Shown here: one piece after another, positions 10,478-19,207 of the stretch
Layout: every line of letters begins with the position of its first letter
How positions within the stretch are numbered: position 1 is the first letter of the stretch
Position numbers and translations under genes: made by a program
Assembly (NCBI GenBank): GCA_027036015.1
Contig: JALVTH010000068.1
Coordinates: forward strand, 4,730-68,729
Length of the DNA stretch: 64,000 nt
Source of the DNA: Campylobacteraceae bacterium
GTDB taxonomy: Bacteria > Campylobacterota > Campylobacteria > Campylobacterales > Sulfurovaceae
Direction of reading: 5' to 3'
Notes under the pieces: generated by a model
What the model saw: the letters and a program-made list of their open reading frames with translations, nothing else
Told to the model about the DNA's origin: nothing
Databases searched by the model: none

Positions 10478-10986
10478 AATTGATTTTAAGCTTTTTTATT
10501 ATTCTTCTTTTAATAACGATTTATTTTACTCTACATAGTAAAAAAGCATTTTTTCAAAAAAAAGTAACGCAAAATCAAGAAAGCATCAAAAGCGAAATTA
10601 ACAACTTTTTAGCCTATGAAGTAAATAAAAGCTCTCTTTTAGAAAAAATAAAAGGAAAAAAAGCAATTGAACTTGAGAATTATTGGAAGTTAAAAGAAGC
10701 AAACATTAGCGCAAATAACATTAAATCACTCTTTTCAAAATACTCTATCTACAAAGATAACAAATTTATTTTTTATAATAATGTAACTGCAATTAAAAAT
10801 AATGGTATGATTTATAAAAGTCAAACAGCAATTTATAATGCCATCAATAAACAACTTATAACTCCAAGCAATTTTTTCATAGAATCAAATACAAGTAACG
10901 TCAAAGGAGAACATCTACTTTATAATCTTGAAAAGAATGAAACCAAAGCAAAAAATGTCAAGGGAACTTTATTATTAAAAAAATAA
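10462..10986 (+). CDS. lptC: LptC-like LPS export component (single N-terminal TM anchor)
   Basis: 174 aa with one N-terminal TM helix and a beta-rich periplasmic part. It sits in the conserved position between kdsC and lptA. Sequence similarity is too weak to judge by eye. Confidence 0.5.
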   Translation: MERKLELILSFFIILLLITIYFTLHSKKAFFQKKVTQNQESIKSEINNFLAYEVNKSSLLEKIKGKKAIELENYWKLKEANISANNIKSLFSKYSIYKDNKFIFYNNVTAIKNNGMIYKSQTAIYNAINKQLITPSNFFIESNTSNVKGEHLLYNLEKNETKAKNVKGTLLLKK

Positions 10987-11023
10987 AAAAGTTTAAGTAT
11001 AATTATAAAAAAAAAGGAATTGA

Positions 11024-11479
11024 ATGCGTTTTATCTTTGTTCTCCTTTTAGTAGTTTTTTTACAAGCAAATAATTTGGTTATTACTTCAGATAATTTTTA
11101 TCATAAAGAAGGAGAAAAAAAGGCTATTTTTAGTGGTCACGCAATAGCAAACGATGGCAATAATTTAATAAAGGCCGGAATAATTACAATTTTTTTAGAT
11201 AAAAACAATCAAGTCATTAAATATGTTGCTCAAAAAAACGTCTATTTTGAATTAAAAGGACCTAAAAAGTTTATAAAAGGAACTTGCAATCAATTAACTT
11301 ATCTACCAGATGAAGATAAATATATTTTATTTGGAAATGTTTTTTTAGAAGATGTTTTACATAAACGCAAAGTCTTTGGAGACGAAGTAATTTACGATAA
11401 CAAAAATCACACTTCCATTGCAAAAAGTTTAAGCAATAAACCTGTGAAATTTATTTTTAAGGTGAAAAAATCAAAATGA
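11024..11479 (+). CDS. lptA: LptA/OstA-like periplasmic LPS transport protein
   Basis: 151 aa with a signal peptide and OstA-N-like repeats (ITSDNF..KAIFSGHA...). Position follows kdsC and lptC. Confidence 0.65.
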   Translation: MRFIFVLLLVVFLQANNLVITSDNFYHKEGEKKAIFSGHAIANDGNNLIKAGIITIFLDKNNQVIKYVAQKNVYFELKGPKKFIKGTCNQLTYLPDEDKYILFGNVFLEDVLHKRKVFGDEVIYDNKNHTSIAKSLSNKPVKFIFKVKKSK

Positions 11480-12090
11480 AAACATTACCAAAAATAGTCA
11501 AAGCCTCTTTCCTCACTTCTGCAGTGAGCATTAAAGATGCTCCAGCTCCTAGCAAAAGCGAAGTAGTTTTTATGGGACGCTCAAATGTTGGCAAAAGCTC
11601 TACCATTAATACTCTTACAAATAGAAAAGGTTTAGCTAAAAGCTCTTCAACGCCTGGGAAAACGCAACTTATTAATTTTTTTGATATTGAATATAAATAT
11701 AACGATGCCTATTATCCACTTTATTTTGTAGATTTGCCAGGTTTTGGTTATGCCAAAGTTTCAAAAAGTACAAAAGAGCTTTGGCAAAAAAATCTTTTAG
11801 AATTTATTCAAAAAAGAGAAGCAATTAGAATTTTTATTCATTTAAGAGACGCAAGACATCCAAAAAACGCAATTGATGAAGGAGTGTATGAATATCTTTT
11901 AAGCATTAAAAAACCAGATCAAGAAATTTTAACAATTTTTACCAAAGGCGATAAATTAAAACAAAAAGAAAAAACCTTTTTAAAAAAAGAGTTTCCAAAC
12001 TCTATCGTTATTTCAAATTTTAAAAAGATAAATATACATTTACTCCATCAAAAAATATTATCTTACCTTTTTGGAGTTAAGTTTGATTAA
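11476..12090 (+). CDS. engB: Ribosome biogenesis GTP-binding protein YihA/YsxC (EngB)
   Basis: G1 GRSNVGKSS, G3 DLPGFGYA and G4 TKGDK. ATGA overlap with lptA. Confidence 0.92.
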   Translation: MKTLPKIVKASFLTSAVSIKDAPAPSKSEVVFMGRSNVGKSSTINTLTNRKGLAKSSSTPGKTQLINFFDIEYKYNDAYYPLYFVDLPGFGYAKVSKSTKELWQKNLLEFIQKREAIRIFIHLRDARHPKNAIDEGVYEYLLSIKKPDQEILTIFTKGDKLKQKEKTFLKKEFPNSIVISNFKKINIHLLHQKILSYLFGVKFD

Positions 12091-12547
12091 ATTGCGCAAA
12101 GCCACCCTACAAGACATTCCTGCTATGCAAGCTTTAGTAGAGCAAGAAGTAAAAGAAGGCACAATTTTGCCAAGAAGCGACGATGAAGTTGCAACCAATA
12201 TAAGAAGCTATATTTTAGCTTTTGAAAATGATAAACTCATTGGCTATGGAGCTTTGCACATTCACTCCCCTACTTTAGCTGAAATTAGAAGCTTAATCGT
12301 CTCTCCTCATGCAAGAGGCAAAGGTGTTGGAAAAGCAATTGTTCAAGAAGCAATAAAAGAAGCCAAAAAGCTTAAAGTTCAAGAAATATTGGTGTTAACC
12401 TATGTTGATACATTTTTTAAAAAATTTGGCTTTAAAGAAATCGAAAAAGAAAAAATCCCAAATCATAAAATTTGGCAAGATTGCATTAAATGCATCCACT
12501 TTCCAGTTTGTAACGAAATATCGCTCATTAAAAAGGTAGATTCTTGA
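12071..12547 (+). CDS. GNAT-family N-acetyltransferase (short ArgA-like amino-acid N-acetyltransferase)
   Basis: Acetyl-CoA motif RGKGVGKAIV and a C-terminal Cys-rich tail WQDCIKCIHFPVCNE. The start could instead be the TTG at 12083. Confidence 0.75.
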   Translation: MELSLIKLRKATLQDIPAMQALVEQEVKEGTILPRSDDEVATNIRSYILAFENDKLIGYGALHIHSPTLAEIRSLIVSPHARGKGVGKAIVQEAIKEAKKLKVQEILVLTYVDTFFKKFGFKEIEKEKIPNHKIWQDCIKCIHFPVCNEISLIKKVDS

Positions 12548-12993
12548 ATAAAAAAAAGATAAAAAAGTTTGCCATTTTATTTTTTTGGTTTATTATAGTT
12601 ATTATTTATCCTTCTTTAATTTCAATTTATGTAACTATACCTCTTTTTATTGGATTTAGTGGTCTATCATTTATAACAGGTTTAGAAAAAAATCAAAAAA
12701 GCTTTATTTTTTTATCGCTTTTATATATGATTTTTTTAGAAATCAATTTATCTTTACCTTTTATGCTTTTACCAATATCTACACTTATTTTTTATCTTTT
12801 TCTTTATAAAAAACTTGATATTATTAAAAAATGTACTCTATGCATTCGCATTATAACAGTAATTTCAATTAATTTTATTTATTTTATACTTTTAAGTATT
12901 AATGATCTTCTTACAAATCAAAGCAGTATTACATTTAATAAACATTTACTCTTATCAATAATAACAGATATTATAGCAGCGGTGGTAGTATGA
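12544..12993 (+). CDS. Small polytopic inner-membrane protein, possible MreD analogue
   Basis: 149 aa with about 5 hydrophobic segments. The TTG start overlaps the GNAT stop (TTGA) and the stop overlaps the mrdA ATG (ATGA). Confidence 0.55.
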   Translation: MNKKKIKKFAILFFWFIIVIIYPSLISIYVTIPLFIGFSGLSFITGLEKNQKSFIFLSLLYMIFLEINLSLPFMLLPISTLIFYLFLYKKLDIIKKCTLCIRIITVISINFIYFILLSINDLLTNQSSITFNKHLLLSIITDIIAAVVV

Positions 12994-14819
12994 AAAGTAA
13001 ATATTATGTTTTACTTTTTTTAATGATTGCTATTTGGGCTATTCTCATTTATAGACTCTATGAAATAAGCATCAAAGCAAACTATTATTATGAGCGTTTA
13101 GCAAAAGAAAATATCGAAAAAAAAAGTTTTCTAAAACCAATTAGAGGAGAAATTTTAGATAGAAACAATAAACTTTTAGCTACCAATGAAATTGGTTTTT
13201 CTATTGCAATTAAACCTCATTTAAAAGTTAATTCTCCAATTTTTCAAGATATTTTAAAACTATTAAAAAAGGAATTCCCAAATATTGATACAAAGATGTT
13301 AACAAAAGTATATAAAAAGAAAAACTCTCCCTATTATCACAAATATATCCAAGTTATCGATTTTGTAAGCTATGATACAATGCTTAAAGCTTATCCATCG
13401 CTCAATCTTAACCCCTATTTAAAAATAGAAGCTGCAACAAAACGCTTCTATCCATATGGTAAATATTTAGCCCATATTATTGGATATATTGGTAAAGCAA
13501 ACCAAAAAGAGGTAAAAAAAGATCCAATTGTAAAAGAGATAGGGAAAGTTGGAAAGGCTGGCTTAGAAAAATATTATAATAAAGTTTTGCAAGGAGAACT
13601 TGGATATAAAATAGAAAAAGTCAACGCTTATAACAAAGTTTTGGACATTTTAAAATATGTTCCACCTAAAAGTAACAGAAATTTAAAACTAAGTATTGAT
13701 GTTGATTTACAAAAATTTATTCAAGATAGTTTAGAAGAGAATAACTACTCAGCAGTTGCCATTGTTATGAAAACAAATGGTGAAATTTTAGCAGCAGTAA
13801 GCACTCCAAGTTACGATCCAAATCTTTTTGTTGATGGTATTAGCAAAAAAGAGTGGCAAAAAATACGAAACAATCTTAATCATCCTTTTACTAATAAACT
13901 TGTAAATGCTGTCTATCCTCCTGGCTCTACTATAAAAATGGGAGTAGCTTTAGCTACATCCAAAGAAGCTGGTAATTTTATTTTAAAACATGAATTTTGT
14001 AAAGGTTATATTACTATAGGTCATAGTAAACATAAGTTTCGATGCTGGTCTCACTGGGGGCACGGAGATGTTGATTTGCGAAAATCTATAAGAGAGAGTT
14101 GCGACGTTTTTTATTACAATAAAGCCTTACATATAGGAATTGATAAACTCTCTAAAGATTTAAATGAAATTGGACTTGGAGTAAAAACAGGAGTTGATTT
14201 GCCACATGAATACAAAGGTGTTATTCCAAATAAAGAATGGAAACAAAAACGCTATAAACAACCTTGGTATAAAGGAGAAACAGTAATTGCCGCAATTGGG
14301 CAAGGATATGATAGCGTTACTCCAATGCAACTTGCAAGATATACCGTATTTTTGGCAACAGGATATTTAGTAACACCTCACTTTGCAACGCTTATTAATG
14401 GGAAACCTTATGAAGAAAAAGCAAAAAAGCTCCATTTTAATCGAGAAATTTTTCAAATTATTCGCAACGGAATGTATGATGTATGTAATAACAAAAGAGG
14501 AACCGCATATAGAGCTATGCATAATCTCCCAATAATCGTTGCTGGGAAAACAGGAACTGCTCAGGTAACTTCAATTCCTCAAGATGTAAGGAAAAGAGCA
14601 AAAGAGAGTGAGCTTAGTTACTTTCATCGCTCTCACGCTTGGCTTACTACTTATGCTCCATTTAAAAATCCAAAATATGTCGTTACAATGGTGGTAGAGC
14701 ATGGTGGACACGGCGGTAGCACTGCTGGACCAATCGTTGCAAAAATTTATCGTTGGATGTATAAAAGAGGATATTTTGGAGAGCAACCGCTTCCAAAACT
14801 CTTAAAAGAAATTAAATAA
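12990..14819 (+). CDS. mrdA: Penicillin-binding protein 2 (elongasome transpeptidase)
   Basis: 609 aa with an N-terminal TM anchor. Motifs SXXK (GSTIK), SXD (ESCD) and KTGT (AGKTGTAQ). Confidence 0.93.
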   Translation: MKSKYYVLLFLMIAIWAILIYRLYEISIKANYYYERLAKENIEKKSFLKPIRGEILDRNNKLLATNEIGFSIAIKPHLKVNSPIFQDILKLLKKEFPNIDTKMLTKVYKKKNSPYYHKYIQVIDFVSYDTMLKAYPSLNLNPYLKIEAATKRFYPYGKYLAHIIGYIGKANQKEVKKDPIVKEIGKVGKAGLEKYYNKVLQGELGYKIEKVNAYNKVLDILKYVPPKSNRNLKLSIDVDLQKFIQDSLEENNYSAVAIVMKTNGEILAAVSTPSYDPNLFVDGISKKEWQKIRNNLNHPFTNKLVNAVYPPGSTIKMGVALATSKEAGNFILKHEFCKGYITIGHSKHKFRCWSHWGHGDVDLRKSIRESCDVFYYNKALHIGIDKLSKDLNEIGLGVKTGVDLPHEYKGVIPNKEWKQKRYKQPWYKGETVIAAIGQGYDSVTPMQLARYTVFLATGYLVTPHFATLINGKPYEEKAKKLHFNREIFQIIRNGMYDVCNNKRGTAYRAMHNLPIIVAGKTGTAQVTSIPQDVRKRAKESELSYFHRSHAWLTTYAPFKNPKYVVTMVVEHGGHGGSTAGPIVAKIYRWMYKRGYFGEQPLPKLLKEIK

Positions 14820-15300
14820 GTTCAAATTTCCCCTCTTTTTTATTCTTTCGTATCTTATCAAAAGGCGCAACTAATCCATCTATCGCAATATAAACGCCTT
14901 CATTTGCATTTTTAGCAAAACCTAAAGCAAACGCTAAATTTGCCGTAGCCTCAATAGGACTTATTGAAAATGGAATCATTGCTCCTGTTAATACGATTGT
15001 TTTTTTTAAATTTGTTTTCTCAAGCTCTTTAGCACTTAAATCAATCGTATCGGTTCCATGAATAATAACAACTTTTTTTTGAGGAAGAGCTTGAACATAT
15101 TCAACTAAAAGTTCTCTATCTTTATTGGTAAATTCTAGCGAATCTTTATTAATAATGTTATCATAAGGAAAAGAGGCAAACCACGCCTTTTCAATCATTT
15201 TTAAAGCCAAATTGTTTGAATCAACTTCTAACGCTCCAGTAATCTTATTATAAATTTTATTAAAGGTTCCACCCGTATTGACAATAAATACATCTTTCAT
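14812..15300 (-). CDS. Asparaginase N-terminal-domain protein (half-size)
   Basis: 162 aa with the catalytic-type motifs VNTGGTFNK and IIHGTDT. The C-terminal asparaginase domain is absent. Confidence 0.6.
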   Translation of the reverse strand: MKDVFIVNTGGTFNKIYNKITGALEVDSNNLALKMIEKAWFASFPYDNIINKDSLEFTNKDRELLVEYVQALPQKKVVIIHGTDTIDLSAKELEKTNLKKTIVLTGAMIPFSISPIEATANLAFALGFAKNANEGVYIAIDGLVAPFDKIRKNKKEGKFELI

Positions 15301-15365
15301 ACTCTTCCCTTTTTTAGCTTTATTATAACACTTTTATAAATTTTTTTAAACTATTATTTTAAATT

Positions 15366-15374
15366 TGCTACAAT
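15366..15374 (+). promoter_or_regulatory. Extended -10 promoter element (TGCTACAAT) for fabI, embedded in a 17-bp perfect palindrome (15364-15380)
   Basis: TGnTACAAT lies 28 nt upstream of the ATG at 15402, with SD AAAGGA at about 15390. The palindrome is TTTGCTA-CAA-TAGCAAA. Confidence 0.45.
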
Positions 15375-15398
15375 AGCAAAAATCATTTTAAAGGATAA

Positions 15399-16223
<825 letters not shown>

Positions 16224-16272
16224 GTTTTTCTTTTAAGTTAAGTTTCGATACTATTGCACTCATTTAAAATGG

Positions 16273-16281
16273 TGCTAAAAT
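16273..16281 (+). promoter_or_regulatory. Extended -10 promoter element (TGCTAAAAT) for rpmH-rnpA
   Basis: TGnTAAAAT lies 21 nt upstream of the rpmH ATG, with SD AAAGG at about 16290. Confidence 0.45.
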
Positions 16282-16301
16282 CATAATAGAAAGGTTACTC
16301 A

Positions 16302-16436
16302 ATGAAAAGAACGTATCAGCCACACAATACGCCACGCAAAAGAACGCATGGATTTAGAGCAAGAATGAAAACAAAAAATGGTAGAAAAGTAATTAATGCT
16401 AGACGCGCTAAAGGAAGAAAAAGATTAGCCGTATAA
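16302..16436 (+). CDS. rpmH: 50S ribosomal protein L34
   Basis: Below the ORF-track size cutoff. Translation is [44 protein letters not shown] (44 aa), the canonical L34 sequence. Confidence 0.97.
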   Translation: MKRTYQPHNTPRKRTHGFRARMKTKNGRKVINARRAKGRKRLAV

Positions 16437-16789
16437 AAGAGTTTACAACGCTAAACTCCTCTTTTGAGTTTAGCAAAGTTTATAAAAACAATACATACTG
16501 CTGGCATTCAAAAGAGTTTGTTCTCTTTTACAAAAAAGCTCCTTATAAAAAAGTTGCTTTTATAGCAAGCAAAAAAGTTGGTAAAGCGGTAAAAAGAAAT
16601 AAAGCAAAACGGCTTCTTAAAGCTCATTTTATAGAATTAAGCAAAAAAAAATTAGTTCCTGGAGTTTACATTTTTGTAGCAAAAGAGCCTATTTTAACAA
16701 GCAACTATCACAAACTTTCAAAACATTTTTTTTATATTTTTAAAAAGCTTAATTTAATATTAGAAAATAAGGCTACTTCGAAGGTATAA
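16424..16789 (+). CDS. rnpA: Ribonuclease P protein component; non-canonical start (ATT at 16424 or ATA at 16433)
   Basis: Absent from the ORF track because it has no ATG/GTG/TTG. The frame is open from 16412 and encodes (I)[51 protein letters not shown], which is the RnpA signature. It ends at TAA 16787-16789. The 5' end is uncertain. Confidence 0.8.
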   Translation: MSRIKEFTTLNSSFEFSKVYKNNTYCWHSKEFVLFYKKAPYKKVAFIASKKVGKAVKRNKAKRLLKAHFIELSKKKLVPGVYIFVAKEPILTSNYHKLSKHFFYIFKKLNLILENKATSKV

Positions 16790-16806
16790 ATTTAGTCATT
16801 ATTAGA

Positions 16807-16812
16807 TATAAT
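16807..16812 (+). promoter_or_regulatory. Possible -10 box (TATAAT) for yidC-jag-mnmE
   Basis: GATATAAT lies in the 78-nt rnpA-yidC spacer, about 55 nt upstream of the yidC start. Confidence 0.3.
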
Positions 16813-16867
16813 TTACTCTTAAATTAGAAACGCATAGTTTCAAAAATTTCACATAAAAGGTTAGAAC

Positions 16868-18454
16868 TTGAAACAAATGGATCTAAATAAACGAATGATG
16901 CTCTTTGTAGTGCTTTCTTTAGCTATTTTACTTGGATTTAGCTATTTTATTCCAAAACCAAAACAAACAATAGATGCCAATCAAACAAAAATAAATCAAG
17001 TTGCAACAAAAAACGTTCATTCTTCCAATGCAATACAAAATAAAACACCTCAAAAAGCCCCAAAGGCACCTCAAACTACATCGCACACCATTGCAACAGT
17101 TAAAACAAAAAAATATACCCTTAAAATCGATAATTTAGGAAGAATTGATAGCGTTATTTTAAAAGAAAAAAAATATCGCGATAAAAATGGTAATCCAATT
17201 AATTTAATTAATAAAAACCTTATTAAACCTCTTGAACTTCGTTTTAAAGATAGTAAATTAAATGATTTAGCATTCCAAACCCCATATAGTGCAAGTAGCT
17301 TAAAGCTTAATGCAACTTCAAAAAGTGCTCAAATTACTTTAACTCAAAAGCTTGGTAATATCACAATAGAAAAAATTATTACTTTTTTCCCAGAAGGAAA
17401 TTATAAAGTAACTATCAAAGCTCCAAAAGAAATTCAATACTTTATAACACCTGGCTTTAGACCTTTGGTTGACAAAACAAGATATTTAGTCGTTAGAGGA
17501 GCTTTAATTAGAGACAATAAAGGCATTATTACTACAATTGAAGATAAAAAAGCTAAAGAGATTCAAAATTTCTCTAACTTAACCGTTGCAGCTGCAATTG
17601 ATAGATATTATACAACACTTCTTTATAAAAAAAGTGGTACTTTTAGTGCGACAGTAGGGCCTATGGGACTACCTAACCACCAAAATGATCCAATTATTTT
17701 TATTCCTTTGCAAGGAGAAAATACATTTCAAGCTTATATTGGACCAAAAGAGTGGGAACTTTTTAGTAAATTAGATCCAAAATTAACCGACGTTATCGAG
17801 TTTGGTTGGTTTACTTTCTTAGCAAAACCTTTTTTTAAAACTATGCTTGCTATTTATCACTTTGTTGGTAATTGGGGTTGGGCAATCGTTTTATTTACCA
17901 TTTTAGTTAAAATCGTCCTTTTCCCTCTTTCATATAAGGGCTTAATGTCTATGCAAAAATTAAAAGATTTAGCCCCAAAAATGCAAGAGATTAGAGAAAA
18001 ATACGCTAAAGATCCAGCAAAAATGAATCAGCAAATGATGCTTTTATATAAAAAACATGGTACCAATCCAATGGGTGGATGTTTGCCAATGCTTTTACAA
18101 ATTCCAATCTTTTTTGCTCTCTATCGCGTCTTATTAAATGCAGACGAACTTCAAGGAGCACCTTGGATTTTATGGATTCACGATCTCTCACGCCAAGATC
18201 CTTACTTTATTTTACCAATTCTAATGGGTGCAACAATGTATTTACAACAAAAATTAACGCCAAATACAATGACTGATCCAATGCAAAAAAGAATTTTCCA
18301 ATTCTTTCCAGTTATTATGACACTCTTTTTTATCACTTTCCCATCAGGATTGGTTCTTTATTGGTTAGTAAACAACATTTTATCAATTGCCCAACAAGTT
18401 TACGTTAATAAAGCCTATGAAAAATATAAACAAACGCAAAAAGCCAAAAAATAG
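16868..18454 (+). CDS. yidC: Membrane protein insertase YidC
   Basis: 528 aa with an N-terminal TM helix, a large periplasmic domain and the conserved C-terminal 5-TM core (GWAIVLFTILVK..PMGGCLPMLLQIPIFFALY..). Start is TTG at 16868 or ATG at 16877. Confidence 0.95.
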   Translation: MKQMDLNKRMMLFVVLSLAILLGFSYFIPKPKQTIDANQTKINQVATKNVHSSNAIQNKTPQKAPKAPQTTSHTIATVKTKKYTLKIDNLGRIDSVILKEKKYRDKNGNPINLINKNLIKPLELRFKDSKLNDLAFQTPYSASSLKLNATSKSAQITLTQKLGNITIEKIITFFPEGNYKVTIKAPKEIQYFITPGFRPLVDKTRYLVVRGALIRDNKGIITTIEDKKAKEIQNFSNLTVAAAIDRYYTTLLYKKSGTFSATVGPMGLPNHQNDPIIFIPLQGENTFQAYIGPKEWELFSKLDPKLTDVIEFGWFTFLAKPFFKTMLAIYHFVGNWGWAIVLFTILVKIVLFPLSYKGLMSMQKLKDLAPKMQEIREKYAKDPAKMNQQMMLLYKKHGTNPMGGCLPMLLQIPIFFALYRVLLNADELQGAPWILWIHDLSRQDPYFILPILMGATMYLQQKLTPNTMTDPMQKRIFQFFPVIMTLFFITFPSGLVLYWLVNNILSIAQQVYVNKAYEKYKQTQKAKK

Positions 18455-18463
18455 AGGTGGTAT

Positions 18464-19207
18464 ATGAAACGTTTTGAAGCACCAACTCTAAATGAAGCAT
18501 ATCAAATGGCAGCCAATGAGCTTGCCATTCCCATTGAAGAATTAGAATATGAAATTATTCAATTTCCACGCAAAGGAATTTTTGGTTTTTTTGCAAAAAA
18601 AGCAATCATTCAAGTAAAAGTAACGCAAACTCATATCGCAAAAGAAGAGTCTAAAGAAGCTACGCAAACAAAGCCTTCTCAAACAAATGTAGCAAAAGAA
18701 GATAAGAGTAGCAAAATAATTAATAGCTTTTTTCAACCACAAAAAGAGAGCATTACGGCACCAGAGTTAGAAAAAATCATTAAACAACTAATTCAAAAAA
18801 GCTGTTTTAATATTGATACAGTAGAAGTTGATATTGCAAACAATACTGCTTTTATCTTTTTAGATGGAGAAGATGCCGCACTTTTAATTGGAAAAGAAGG
18901 ATATCGCTATAATGCTCTTTCTTACATTCTTTTTAATTGGCTCAATAGTAAATATGGGCTCTATTTAAAACTTGAAATAGCACAATTTTTCTCTTCACAA
19001 CAAGCGATGGTAAAAAACTTTTTAAAACCTGTTATAGCTCACGTCAATGAACATGGCTGGGGAAAAACAAAGCCATTAGATGGAATTTTAGTACAAATTG
19101 CACTAGAAATTTTAAGAGAAACCTTTCCAAATAAATATGTAGCCGTTAAAAAAAATGAAAATAATCAAAAATATATCTTAATTAACGATTTTTATAAGAA
19201 ACAATGA
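18464..19207 (+). CDS. jag: Jag/KhpB-like RNA-binding protein
   Basis: 247 aa with a Jag-N-like start (MKRFEAPTLNEAYQMAANEL). It sits in the conserved position between yidC and mnmE. Confidence 0.65.
   Translation: MKRFEAPTLNEAYQMAANELAIPIEELEYEIIQFPRKGIFGFFAKKAIIQVKVTQTHIAKEESKEATQTKPSQTNVAKEDKSSKIINSFFQPQKESITAPELEKIIKQLIQKSCFNIDTVEVDIANNTAFIFLDGEDAALLIGKEGYRYNALSYILFNWLNSKYGLYLKLEIAQFFSSQQAMVKNFLKPVIAHVNEHGWGKTKPLDGILVQIALEILRETFPNKYVAVKKNENNQKYILINDFYKKQ

Noticed and set aside
12071-12547. GNAT acetyltransferase as a possible TacT/AtaT-type toxin with an adjacent antitoxin.
   Set aside because: No small RHH or HTH partner gene is present. The protein has the Cys-rich C-terminal tail typical of short ArgA-like acetyltransferases, and it sits within a conserved housekeeping operon between engB and mrdA.
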